Part shown: in pieces, positions 48,598 through 58,198 of the stretch
Layout of the letters: each line of letters opens with the position of its first letter
Position numbering within the stretch: position 1 is the stretch's first letter
Assembly (NCBI GenBank): GCA_963734375.1
Contig: CAVTHG010000003.1
Coordinates: forward strand, 707,385 to 771,384
Source of the DNA: an uncultured Acidobacteriota bacterium
Lineage (GTDB): Bacteria; Acidobacteriota; Vicinamibacteria; Vicinamibacterales; CAVVIG01
Length of the DNA stretch: 64,000 nt
Direction of reading: 5' to 3'
Made by a program: the position numbers and the translations under genes
Notes under the pieces: model-generated
The model's database searches: none
Seen by the model: only the letters and a program-made list of their open reading frames with translations
Told to the model about the DNA's origin: nothing

Positions 48598-50067
48598 TCA
48601 CGGCCGCGCCGCCGCCATCCGCTTCACCGCTTCCGGCAGTTCGCGCTCGTTCAGCCAGGCAAAGCTGAATCGCGCGAACGGCCTCGGCCTGCCGTCGAAC
48701 GCGTAGCGGCGCCCGGGTACCACGAGACGCCATGCTCGACGCTGCGACGCGCCCAAGCGTCGACGTCGACGCCCATCCGCAACCGCACCCACAGCGCCAT
48801 GCCGCCGCCGGCGAGCGTGAACTCCACCCCATCGCCAAACGTGCGCCTCAGGCTGCTCGCGAGAATCTCGCGGCGGTTGGCGTAGACGCGCCGGACGCGC
48901 GCGACGTGCCGCTGCAGCTCGCCGTCGTCGATGAGCGCCGCGATCGCCGCCTCGGTGGCGAGGTCGCCCTGGATGTCGAGCAGCGATCGGATCGCGGCGG
49001 CGCCGCGGATCACGGCCGGCGGCGCGACGATGTAGCCGACGCGCAGCCCCGGCGCGAGGATCTTCGACAGCGTGCCGATGTAGACAACGAGCGCCGCCGT
49101 GATCGCCGCTGGCCAGCGGCAGCACCGGACGGCCGTCGTAGTGGAACTCGTGGTCGTAGTCGTCCTCGATGATCGCGATCTGCTGAGAGCGCGCAAAGGC
49201 GAGCAGCGCCAGCCGCCGCGCCGCCTTCAACGTCACCGTCGTCGGATACTGGTGGTGCGGCGTCAGGTAGACGGCGCGCAGCGGCACGCGGGCGGCGACG
49301 CGCTTCAACTCTTCGACGTCGATCCCCTCGCGATCGATTGGCACCGGCACCACGGTCGCGCCGGCAGCCTTGAACGCTTCCCATGCGGGGCGGTAGCCGA
49401 CGTGTTCGACGGCGACGGTGTCGCCAGGCCGGAGGAGCGCGCGAGCGGTGAGCGACAGCGCCATCTGGCTGCCGCGCGTGACGAGCACGTCATCTGAGGT
49501 GGCCGAGAGCCCGCGCGTGCTCGCGAGCATCGATGCCAGCGCCGTGCGCAGGCCGGGATAACCCTCGGGATCGCCGTAGCCGAGCAGGTGCGCACCGCCG
49601 AGCGCCAGCACCCGCCGGTAGGCGCGGCCGATCGCCCGGACCGGCAGGAGCCTCACATCGGGCGCGCCGCTGCTCAGGCTGAGCGTCCCGCGCGGCAGCA
49701 CCGGCGGCCGATATGCCGCCGGCGGTTCGGGAAGCGCGAACGGGACGCCGGCGGGCACGCGAGGGCGAGTGCCAGGCTCGCGCGTGAACGGCCGCGCGCG
49801 ACGATCGGGAATCGCGCGCGCGACGAACGTTCCGCCACCGGGCACGGTTTCGATCCAGCCTTCGGCGATCAGCTCGGCGACGGCCGCAAGGACCGTGTTG
49901 CGATGGACGCGGAGGCTCGTCGCCAGCCGCCGGCTGCCGGGCAGGCGATCGCCGGGGCGCAGCCGCCCGCGCTGGATGTCGGCGGTGAGCGCACGTGCGA
50001 TCTGCAGGAACGGTGGCAGCGCCGCCTGCCGATCGAGATCGATGACGAGCTCCCACGGGCGTCTCAT
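48598..50067 (-). pseudogene. MocR/PdxR-type regulator (GntR wHTH fused to a PLP aminotransferase-like domain) with 2 frame breaks
   Basis: Met at 50067 of ORF 48598..50250. The wHTH is RLPGSRRLATSLRVHRNTVLAAVAELIAEGWIETVPGGGTFV. The aminotransferase text continues in ORF 48651..49196 (VVYIGTLSKILAPGLRVGYIVAPP) and returns to the first frame for the C-terminus. Confidence 0.8.
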
Positions 50068-50167
50068 GTCAGGCGGAGCGCCGATTGTAACGCCGTGGGG
50101 CCAGGCTGAACTGGTCCAGACAAAACTGGCGTACGCGCACACTGCCTGAGACCGGTCCTTGTCGTAC

Positions 50168-50253
50168 GTCGTGTCCGGCTTTAGCCGGGCTTTAGCCGGA
50201 CCGTGTGTACAGCCGGGGACATCGGTAACGGTCCGCCTGAAGGCGGACACTAC
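50168..50253. repeat. REP family B, inverted pair (one arm with a duplicated loop)
   Basis: gtcgtgtccggctttagccgggctttagccggacc .. ggtccgcctgaaggcggacactac. Confidence 0.9.
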
Positions 50254-50474
50254 CTACAAATGAAAAATTGCGACACACTTTCCGGTATTCCGACACTGGA
50301 TAGAGGGAGAGCCACAATGACAACGACGACCGCCGACATCGGCGCCATCAAGGCGACGAGGATGGACGGCAACGACGACCATTTCTCGCGCGACCGACGA
50401 CCCGTTGCGGAGTATCTCGAGGTTGTCGGCGTTCGTGCGTAGCGCCGTCGGACACGCTCGAAACGGAGGACGCC

Positions 50475-50996
50475 GTGCAAGGTGACGAACAGATTCGAGA
50501 GGCGCTCGAGCGCAACGTGAAGGCGGTCTCGCTCCGGGCGGGCCTCGGGAAAGGCACCGCGACGACCACGGCGGTCCTGCGCCCGGGGCTCGATTGCACG
50601 GTGACGGAAGGCCCGTTCGAGCTCAAGGTCGGGATGAGCACGAAATCCGGCGGCCGCGGCGACGCGCCCAACCCCGGCGTCCTCGGCCGCGGCGCGCTCG
50701 CGTCGTGCCTCGCCATCTGCTATGGCATGTGGGCCGCCAGGCTCGGTGTGCCGTGCGACGCGATCGAGGTCGAAGTGCAGGCCGACTACGACTCGCGCGG
50801 CGAGCTCGGCGTCGCCGACGATGTGCGCCCCGGCTACTCGGAGATCCGCTACGTCGTCACCGTGGTGAGCGCGAGCCCTGAGCAGGACGTGCTCCGGGTG
50901 CTCGACACCGCGGATCGATACAGCGCCTATCGCGACGTCTTTGCGAACGACGTTCCGCTCAGGCGCGAGGTCCGCATCACCGCCGGAACGGTGTGA
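50475..50996 (+). CDS. OsmC/Ohr-family peroxiredoxin-like protein
   Basis: 173-aa ORF with a GTG start. The text GGRGDAPNPGVLGRGALASCLAICYGMWAARLGV..EIRYVVTVVS is typical of the OsmC fold. Confidence 0.65.
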   Translation: MQGDEQIREALERNVKAVSLRAGLGKGTATTTAVLRPGLDCTVTEGPFELKVGMSTKSGGRGDAPNPGVLGRGALASCLAICYGMWAARLGVPCDAIEVEVQADYDSRGELGVADDVRPGYSEIRYVVTVVSASPEQDVLRVLDTADRYSAYRDVFANDVPLRREVRITAGTV

Positions 50997-50999
50997 GCC

Positions 51000-51839
51000 A
51001 TGGAATCGCGGCTGCAGCTGCGCGTGCAGCGATACGGGTGGGACAAGGCGGCGGCGCAGTATGAAGGGTACTGGGCCGCGCAGCTGCGACCGGCGCAGGA
51101 TCGGCTGCTCGAGATCGCGGCGTTGCGCCCGGGCGAGCGGGTGCTCGACGTCGCGTGTGGAACCGGACTGATCACGTTCCCGGCCGCTGGCGCCGTTGGT
51201 CCGCGCGGCAGCGTCGTCGCGACGGACATCTCCGAGCGGATGGTCGAGCGCATCCAGTCGGCCGCGGCGACGCGCGGCCTGGCGAACGTCACCGCGCGGC
51301 GCGCGCACGCCGAGGAGCAGCTCTTCGAGGCGGCCTCGTTCGATGCGGTGCTCTGCGGCCTGGGGCTGATGTATGTGCCCGAGCCGCTGGGCGCCCTGCG
51401 CGAGATGGGCCGCGTGCTGAAGCCTGGCGGCCGTGCCGTGGTTGCGGTGTGGGGCGCGCGGTCGCATTGCGGCTGGGCGGATATTTTTCCGATCGTCGAT
51501 CGCCGCGTGGAGAGCGACGTCTGCCCGATGTTCTTTCAGCTCGGGAGCGGCGAGAACCTGCGCGCGCACATGGAGCAGGCCGGCTTCGCCCGGGTGGAGA
51601 CGCACAGGCTCGCAACGACCCTCTCGTACGACTCGGCCGACGATGCGATCGGCGCGGCGTTTGCGGGCGGACCGGTGGCGATGGCGTACTCGCGGTTCGA
51701 CGGGCCGACGCGTGACGAGGCGCACGCCGAATACCTCGCGTCGATCGCGCCGTTCGCGCGTGGCGCCGGGTACGAGATCCCCGGAGAATTCGTCGTCGCG
51801 CGGGGCGAGCGGGTGGGTTCAGAATTGCGCGGCCTCTAG
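51000..51839 (+). CDS. Class I SAM-dependent methyltransferase
   Basis: Intact 279-aa ORF with motif I VLDVACGTG, ATDISERM, FDAVLCGLGLMYV and LKPGGRAVV. The TAG stop overlaps a REP copy. Confidence 0.8.
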   Translation: MESRLQLRVQRYGWDKAAAQYEGYWAAQLRPAQDRLLEIAALRPGERVLDVACGTGLITFPAAGAVGPRGSVVATDISERMVERIQSAAATRGLANVTARRAHAEEQLFEAASFDAVLCGLGLMYVPEPLGALREMGRVLKPGGRAVVAVWGARSHCGWADIFPIVDRRVESDVCPMFFQLGSGENLRAHMEQAGFARVETHRLATTLSYDSADDAIGAAFAGGPVAMAYSRFDGPTRDEAHAEYLASIAPFARGAGYEIPGEFVVARGERVGSELRGL

Positions 51840-51944
51840 TAGCGCAGCCCTTCAGGGCTGCCAACGGCCGCGCGGGCAGCCTGTTCGTAATGTAGTGTCC
51901 GCCTTCAGGCGGACCTCGATGTAGTGTCCGCCTTCAGGCCGACG
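51839..51944. repeat. Mixed REP cluster: one family A copy and two family B copies
   Basis: gtagcgcagcccttcagggctgcc (51839), gtagtgtccgccttcaggcggacc (51892) and gtagtgtccgccttcaggccgacg (51920). Confidence 0.9.
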
Positions 51945-51951
51945 CTCCCGA

Positions 51952-52863
51952 CTAGCGCGAAGCGGCGCGGGTGGCGACTCCAGTCCCCGTCCCGCCTTCG
52001 TCGGTCGTGAGCAGCCGAATCTCGTCGGCGGTGACTTCGGCCTGGAACCGGATCGTCGCGGCCTCCGACGCGAACTGCGGGACGTGGGTCGTATAGAAGG
52101 TCAGCGAGCGCCCCTTGAGCGTGACGTCGTGCATCGCGGCGTCACCGGTCGGGTAGCGCACGGTGCCGCCGATCATGTCGCCGACGCGCTGAAACTGCAG
52201 CCGGATGCGAAACGGCGGCTGGTTCGGCTTGCGCATCTCCGCGATCCAGTCGCCGTCGATGACCGGCGGCGGCTCCACGCTGGCCACGACCGTCGGCTTC
52301 TCCGCCGGGCGCAGGGAGAAGTAACCGGCGATGGCGACGAGCGCGAGTGCAACAACGACGAGGGCCAGCCATCTGGCCGTGCGCGGGCGCGATTGCGGCG
52401 GCGGGTTCGTCGTGAGGTGCAGCTTGCCCGCGAGAAACGTCTCGAGCTCGGCGACGTCCTGATCGAATCGCTCATCGCGCACCTCGATCGCGTTGAGACG
52501 GCTCAACTCCGCGAGCTCCGCCGGCAGGTCCGCCGCGGCCGGCATGCGCGCACCGCCCACCAGCACCGGAATCACCATCACGCGCCGCTTCAGCGCGGCG
52601 CCGATCTCGTGGCGGACGAAGTCGTCGGCCGCCTGCGCGCGCTCCTGAATCGCCTCGAGCCATCGCGGCCCGATTACCGCGATCACGCAGTCGCAGGTCG
52701 CGATGGTGCCCTCGATCGACGTGGCGAAGTTCTCGCCCGGGCGGATGTCCTGGATGTCGAGGAAGACGCGATCGCCGCCGAAGCGGGCGCTGAGGCGATC
52801 GCACAACCGTCCGGCGTGCCCGCCGGTGTCTTCGCGCCGGTAGCTGATGAAGATGCTGGCCAT
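51952..52863 (-). CDS. TIR-domain protein with a central TM helix and a C-terminal extracytoplasmic domain of unknown function
   Basis: Intact 303-aa ORF. TIR text is MASIFISYRREDTGGHAGRLCDRL..VFLDIQDIRPGENF..CDCVIAVIGPRWL..DDFVRHEIGAAL..VIPVLV. The TM segment is WLALVVVALALVAIAGYFSL. A roughly 115-aa beta-rich tail follows (IDGDWIAEMRKPNQPPFRIRLQFQRVGDMIGGTVRYPTG..). Confidence 0.8.
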   Translation of the reverse strand: MASIFISYRREDTGGHAGRLCDRLSARFGGDRVFLDIQDIRPGENFATSIEGTIATCDCVIAVIGPRWLEAIQERAQAADDFVRHEIGAALKRRVMVIPVLVGGARMPAAADLPAELAELSRLNAIEVRDERFDQDVAELETFLAGKLHLTTNPPPQSRPRTARWLALVVVALALVAIAGYFSLRPAEKPTVVASVEPPPVIDGDWIAEMRKPNQPPFRIRLQFQRVGDMIGGTVRYPTGDAAMHDVTLKGRSLTFYTTHVPQFASEAATIRFQAEVTADEIRLLTTDEGGTGTGVATRAASR

Positions 52864-52956
52864 CGCTCGCTACCTGACAGCCTACTTCACCAGCCCGCGC
52901 GGCAGTTCTGGAGCTTCACCGTCCATGCCCAGGTACGCGTCATAATCGAAGCTGAT

Positions 52957-53538
52957 ATGGCTGCTGACCCAACCAACATGACCACATCGATTGATCGATC
53001 GCGACGCACGTTCACGCTCGACGAGGCGACCGCGATCCTCTCGCGCACGCCTGCCACCGTCGACGCCCTGCTCCGCGGACTCCCCGACGGCTGGATCGCC
53101 GCCAACGAAGGCGGCACGACCTGGAGCCCGTTCGACGTTGTCGGCCACTTGATTCACGGCGAGCAGGCCGACTGGGTGCCGCGCGCGAAGATCATCCTCG
53201 AGCACGGCGAGGCGCGCCCGTTCGACAAGTTCAACCGGCTGGCGCAGTTCGAAGAGTCGGCGGGACGGACGCTGCCGGAGCTGCTCGACGAGTTCTCAGC
53301 GCTGCGGCGGAAGAGCCTCGACGAGTTGGCCTCGCTGCACCTGACCGATGCGGCTCTGGACAAGCGCGGCCGCCATCCCGAGCTCGGCGTCGTCACGCTG
53401 CGTCAGCTGCTGTCGACATGGGTGGCGCACGACCTCGACCACGTCGTGCAGATCTCGCGCGTCCTGGCGAGGCAGTACACGGACGAGGTCGGGCCGTGGC
53501 GCGCCTACCTGCGAGTCATCAGCGGCACGCAGGGGTGA
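52957..53538 (+). CDS. DinB-family (DinB_2) metal-dependent four-helix-bundle protein
   Basis: ATG 52957 lies inside ORF 52084..53538. The text is WSPFDVVGHLIHGEQADWVPR.., LRQLLSTWVAHDLDHVVQI. Confidence 0.7.
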   Translation: MAADPTNMTTSIDRSRRTFTLDEATAILSRTPATVDALLRGLPDGWIAANEGGTTWSPFDVVGHLIHGEQADWVPRAKIILEHGEARPFDKFNRLAQFEESAGRTLPELLDEFSALRRKSLDELASLHLTDAALDKRGRHPELGVVTLRQLLSTWVAHDLDHVVQISRVLARQYTDEVGPWRAYLRVISGTQG

Positions 53539-53557
53539 TCGTGGTTGCCCCCGCAAA

Positions 53558-53580
53558 GTAGCGCAGCCCTTCAGGGCTGC
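53558..53580. repeat. Single REP family A copy
   Basis: gtagcgcagcccttcagggctgc lies between convergent genes. Confidence 0.85.
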
Positions 53581-53646
53581 GCGTGCGGCCGCTGGCAGGC
53601 CGAGGGCCTGCGCGACAAGGGGCCGCGCGCAATCTTGAACGCTTGT

Positions 53647-54720
53647 CTACAGCAGGCGGCGCGCGTCGCTCCAGATTTCGCGAACGAGATCGCCGGCCGG
53701 AACCGGTTTCCCCATCGCCGCCGATTGGCCGGCCCAAACCTGCATGCGATGGTAATCGCCGGCGGCCGCGCCCGCTGCCTTCATCGGCTCGGTGAGGCCG
53801 CGCTGTACTGGATACGGCGCAGGCGCCGGCGCGTCCGGGGCTGCAGCGGCTCTCACGTAGTCGGTGGCGATCGCCCGCCCGAGCCTGCCTGTAAACGCCC
53901 GCGTCAGCGTCGTCTCTTCGGGCTCGAGGTTCGTGAGCGCCGACACCCAGGCCGGATGCGTCTTCGCTTCGATGCACCGCAGGAAGGCGGTGCCGATCGT
54001 CGCCGCGCTGGCGCCGAGGGTGAGCGCCGCGGCCACGCCGCGGCCGTCGCCGATGCCGCCCGCCGCCACGATCGGCACGTCCAGATGGTCGGCGAGCCTG
54101 GGCACGAGCGCGAACAGCCCGACGCCCTGCCGTTCGGCCGCCGCCTGGTCGAACGATCCGCGGTGCCCGCCGGCTTCGTATCCCTGCGCGACGATCGCGT
54201 CAGCGCCGGCCGCCCGCGCGGCGCGCGCCTCGGCCAGGGTCGTCGCGGTGGCGAACCACGCGATGCCGCGCTCCTTCAAACGCTCGACGAATGCTGGCGG
54301 GAATACCCCCATGATCGACGAGACGACGGTCGGCGCCGAGGCGATGAAGGCGTCGCACTGCGCGTTGAAATCCGGCAACGCCACTTCGCCGGCTTCGGCT
54401 GGCACCGGCGGGCCCCACGCCGTCATGAACGCGCTGATTCGCGCTTCGGCCGCTGGATCCCGTCGCGGCGGCGGATCCGGAATCCACAGGTTGAGCTGAA
54501 ACGATCCGCGGCTCTGCTCCCGAAACTGGCGGGCCCACTCGACGATGTCGGCCGGCGGCGTCACCAGCGCGCCCATCGCGCCCATCCCGCCCGCGTTGGC
54601 GACCGCGATCGACAAGCCGACCGCGGACGCGCCCGCCATCGGCGCGAGCAGGATCGGCAGCGACAAGCCGTAGCGGTCGCAGAAAGCGGTGGCACGATCG
54701 AGGGGAGGTGAACTGCTCAT
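53647..54720 (-). CDS. Nitronate monooxygenase (2-nitropropane dioxygenase-like, FMN TIM barrel)
   Basis: Intact 357-aa ORF with [27 protein letters not shown] and [18 protein letters not shown]. Confidence 0.85.
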   Translation of the reverse strand: MSSSPPLDRATAFCDRYGLSLPILLAPMAGASAVGLSIAVANAGGMGAMGALVTPPADIVEWARQFREQSRGSFQLNLWIPDPPPRRDPAAEARISAFMTAWGPPVPAEAGEVALPDFNAQCDAFIASAPTVVSSIMGVFPPAFVERLKERGIAWFATATTLAEARAARAAGADAIVAQGYEAGGHRGSFDQAAAERQGVGLFALVPRLADHLDVPIVAAGGIGDGRGVAAALTLGASAATIGTAFLRCIEAKTHPAWVSALTNLEPEETTLTRAFTGRLGRAIATDYVRAAAAPDAPAPAPYPVQRGLTEPMKAAGAAAGDYHRMQVWAGQSAAMGKPVPAGDLVREIWSDARRLL

Positions 54721-54940
54721 AGTCGCGGCTTCTGATGTCTGCCGACGCGACCGCGATGGCCCGGGCGGTGCGTACGAACTGGCGTCTGAAGTCTATGACG
54801 AACTGCCCAAACTCGCGAGGGCCCGGCGCGCGCGCGAACGACATCGACTCGAAAGACGATCCCGGGGCGCCAGCGCGATTTTTATGGCGCCGGGCAAAGC
54901 GCGACGGCCTTACGATGAAGACAGGGTCGCTGAGGTGGTT

Positions 54941-55486
54941 ATGAGGGTACTGCTGCTCGTTGTGGCTATCGGCTTCGCCTCCGAGGTACGCGCCCAGCCG
55001 ATGGCGCTGCACTACATCGTCTGCGACCGATCCGACACCTGGACGAGGCCCTCTCCGGAGGTGCAATCGAGAGTCTGGAACGACAACCGCTACAAGGATT
55101 CGAAGCATCCGCCGAGCAACGCTTTCGAGTGGACACACGACTTCATCACCAGCGAGCCCGACGGCGCGAGCCTCAGTTATCACAGCGCGAACCTCGCCGG
55201 CCTGTGGACGGCGGCCGATCGCAGGTTGTGTCCGCGTCGCGACGCCGAGCGCGGCGCCTGGGTCGAGATGTGGGCGTTGCAGCATCGAGTCAGGATGATC
55301 ACCGTCGAGAACGGCATCGTCACCGTGTCGGCCGATCACCGCGACGCCGGATTCGAGATCGTGCAATTCCTGCGTCCAGCATTCCTCGCCGATTCGCATC
55401 TGCGGATGCGCGTCGTCACCGCCGATGGAGCGGTGTCGCAGGAGTGGGTGGAAACGGAGCCGAGCGTATTCATGCCGGTGCGCTAG
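54941..55486 (+). CDS. Secreted protein of unknown function
   Basis: ATG 54941 (GAGGTGG upstream) lies inside ORF 54689..55486. The signal peptide is MRVLLLVVAIGFASEVRAQP. The TAG stop lies inside the left arm of the inverted-repeat element. Confidence 0.55.
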   Translation: MRVLLLVVAIGFASEVRAQPMALHYIVCDRSDTWTRPSPEVQSRVWNDNRYKDSKHPPSNAFEWTHDFITSEPDGASLSYHSANLAGLWTAADRRLCPRRDAERGAWVEMWALQHRVRMITVENGIVTVSADHRDAGFEIVQFLRPAFLADSHLRMRVVTADGAVSQEWVETEPSVFMPVR

Positions 55487-55648
55487 TGGCCTGTATCGGC
55501 TGAACGAGGACCAGATCGCGGAGCGCGGCGCCCGGATGGCAAGGCGCGACGACCGAGAATACCGGGAGTATTTGAGGAAGGAGCAACGCAGCCAGCCGGG
55601 ATGCCCCGCCCGCGAGGTGGTCCTTGATCAGCCGATACAGGCCACTAG
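55483..55648. mobile_element. MITE-like element: 31-bp terminal inverted repeats (29/31 match) around a 104-bp core
   Basis: The left arm is ctagtggcctgtatcggctgaacgaggacca (55483-55513). The right arm is tggtccttgatcagccgatacaggccactag (55618-55648). No transposase is present in the window. Confidence 0.5.
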
Positions 55649-55716
55649 TCGGCGAGTGCCTGTTACCCCGTTTCATTTCGGCGTCGGGATCGACTCACCC
55701 GTTTCTCGACGGCATC

Positions 55717-55863
55717 ATGCACGCGGACATCCGTCCGCTGATGCCCTTCGCGCCGGGCAATCCCTTCCTCGGGCTGATCGGACTCGGAGCGCTTCACCTG
55801 GCGCTGGTGGCTGCAGGTGTCGTGGGGCTGGCGCTGCTGGCCATCCCGCGCGCCCGACCGTGA
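55717..55863 (+). CDS. Possible 48-aa single-TM peptide
   Basis: MHADIRPLMPFAPGNPFLGLIGLGALHLALVAAGVVGLALLAIPRARP has GC3-rich codons. No clear RBS is present. Confidence 0.25.
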   Translation: MHADIRPLMPFAPGNPFLGLIGLGALHLALVAAGVVGLALLAIPRARP

Positions 55864-55886
55864 ACGCTGGTGCACCCGCAGCTCTC

Positions 55887-55971
55887 GTAGGGCAGGCCTT
55901 CAGGCCTGCCAACGGCTGCCGGCAGCCCTGAAGGGCTGCCCTACAACGCGGAAAAATAAGGGCTGCCCTAC
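55887..55971. repeat. REP family A cluster, both orientations
   Basis: gtagggcaggccttcaggcctgcc, ggcagccctgaagggctgccctac and gggctgccctac. Confidence 0.85.
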
Positions 55972-56816
55972 GACGCGGAAAAGTCGGGAGGTCAGAACCA
56001 GCCCGTGGCCGCCGCGCAGGCGTCACGCGGCGCCTCGCTTCTGCCCGACGTCCATCTGCAAATCGCTTTCACGATCTGCCGGCGGAGCCGAGCGCCGGAC
56101 AAGCCCCCCAGCTGTCCATCGCCTCGTTGCCGAAGCGGATGCCGGTGTGATGCGCCTTGTCGCGGTCGGCCACGGGATCTGGATCGACGAACCCGGGATC
56201 TGCGGTTCCAGGTTCGATGCCGTGATGTGTGACACGTGCGTGTTGAGCACGCCGTGCGTGGTGTGTGTCGGCGGCAGCGCGATCGAGTCGATGACACGTC
56301 ATCCTCGACAGCTGGCCCCGAGTGCGCGCTGCGCAGCAGGGCCGCACAGATGCCGGCGCAGTCAGCGTAGGTCATATTTAAGCACGACGATCTCGCGCAA
56401 ACCAGAACGATCGTCGACAAGAAATCGTTTTTCGCGGCTGGCTCAGGTAGCGCGGCCACGCCAGCGATCGGCGCGCAGCCGCGCGCGTCATCGGACGATC
56501 AGAAAGCCGTGGCACCAGCCGCCTCTTCATGAACGCACGATCCGAAGAACGCTATTTGCCGTTTTGGGGAGAAACGAGCGCGCGAGTTTTACCTGGCCGC
56601 CGCCGGACGTGTCAAGCGGATTCGCTCGGAATTCTGCGGTTTGAGCGGTGTTTTTTGCGGGCTTGACTGGTTCCCGGAGCCGGCGTGCATCATCCGGATG
56701 CGGTCCGCCGCGACGATGTACGCGTTCGTCATCGCGGCGTGGGAATTGGTCTTACAGGTTTCTTCTGAGGGTCGGTCTGTTCCGAGGACCGATCGTATTT
56801 CGGCGACCGCGCGGCC

Positions 56817-58149
56817 TCAGCGGCCGGCGCCCTGCTCGGCGAGATACTTCACGACCGACTCGTACTTCAGCGCCTTCGCCGCGTCGAGCGCGGTCTTGCC
56901 GTCGATGTTGACCGCGTTGGCGTCGCCGCCGAACTCGATCGCCAGCTTCACCGACTCGAGCGCAAGCGCCTCGCGCTCGCCTCGCGGCAGCACCACCCAC
57001 GCCGCGCCGCCGCCCATCCCGGCCGCGGCCATCACCGCGTTGGTCGCCTCCTGGCGATGGCGCGCTCCTTCTTCCGTGTGGTAGTCGGCGCGGTGGACGA
57101 TGCGCGGATCGGCGCCGTGGTCGACGAGCAGCCGCATCATGCCCGGCTCGTTGAAGCGGGCCGCCAGCCAGTACGGCGAGGCGCCAACCAGCTCAGGCGC
57201 GAAGTTGAAGTCTTTCGACGAGCGCCGCGTCGGCGTCCAGGTGCGGAGCGGCGCGTTCACGTCCGCCCCGTGGTCGAGCAGCACGCGACGCCATCTTCTC
57301 GTCGCGGCGCATGACCGCGGCGTGCAGCGCCGAAAAGCCGGCCGCCGCCGCGTTCGGATCGGCGCCGAGCTCGAGGAAGAACGCGACCAGATCGCCGAAC
57401 CCTGAGTGCGCCGCGAGCACGGTGGCGCTGACGCCCCAGGCATCCGCGTCGTTCACGTTCGCACCGGCGGCGACGAGCAGCTTCGCCGACGCGAGATCGC
57501 CGACTCGTGCCGCGAACAGCAACGGCGTATCGGCGCCGTGGGGAATCGTGCGGTTGTATTGCGGCATCCCGTGCGGCGGCACGGCCATCACCTGGCTCCA
57601 GGTGTCGGAGCGCGCCTGCACGTCGGCGCCGTGGGCGAGCAGCACCTTCACGACATCCGGGTGACGCTGCGACACGGCCCACATCAGCGCCGTCTGCCCG
57701 CGCGCCGCCCGCGTGTTGACGGTCGCGCCTTTGGCGGTGAGCTGTTCGACGACGTCGGCGTTCCCCGAGCGCGCGGCGACCATCAGCGGCGTCTCGCCGA
57801 GCAGCAGCGCCGCGTTCGGGTTCGCCCCGGCCTGAAGCAGCCGCCGGACAATCGCCGGGTTGCCGTTGAGGCACGCGGCCCAGAGCGGCGTCGCGCCGAG
57901 GTCGTTGGCGGCGTTGACGCGCGCGCCGCTGCGGATCAGGAGATCGACCGTGGCGAGGTCGTCGCGGTGCGCCGCCCAGTGCAGCGCCGTCGTGCCGTCG
58001 CCTTCGGCGGCGTTGACGTTCGCGCCTTTCTGGATCAGGGCGCGCACCGCGCCGGCGTCGGCGTTGCGCGCGGCGTCGACGAGCGGCAGATCGCCGCCGG
58101 CGGCGAGGAGGAAGAACGACAACCCCACCGGACACCAAGTCCGCCGCAC
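56817..58149 (-). pseudogene. Secreted ankyrin-repeat protein (about 10 repeats) with one frame break near 57290
   Basis: ORF 57193..58149 holds a signal-like MRRTWCPVGLSFFLLAAGG and repeats (GTTALHWAAHRDDLATVDLLIRSGARVNA.., GATPLWAACLNGNPAIVRRLLQAGANPNA..) up to ..LHAAVMRRDEKM. The text continues in ORF 56817..57443 (VLLDHGADVNAPL.. to ..KYLAEQGAGR*). Confidence 0.85.
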
Positions 58150-58198
58150 CAGTCTCGTAACGTCAATCTCCCGTTCCAGTGTCCTACCCTTGCGATCG

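Noticed and set aside
50203-50442. 79-aa ORF, plus several short ORFs beginning MSAFRRT / MYVVSGFSRT (27545.., 44838.., 48598.. N-terminus)
   Set aside because: These N-termini are translations of REP hairpins, and the ORFs sit in intergenic repeat clusters.
50250-51725. 491-aa minus-strand ORF
   Set aside because: It is antisense to the OsmC-like and methyltransferase genes, which have clear family motifs.
55992-56816. Gene-free stretch with only short or Arg-rich ORFs on both strands, with somewhat lower GC around 56350-56450
   Set aside because: Fragments on the minus strand (e.g. ..PGFVDPDPVADRDKAHHTGIRFGNEAMDSW..) might be a decayed gene. I could not assemble a convincing family match or a consistent frame, so it is left unannotated.
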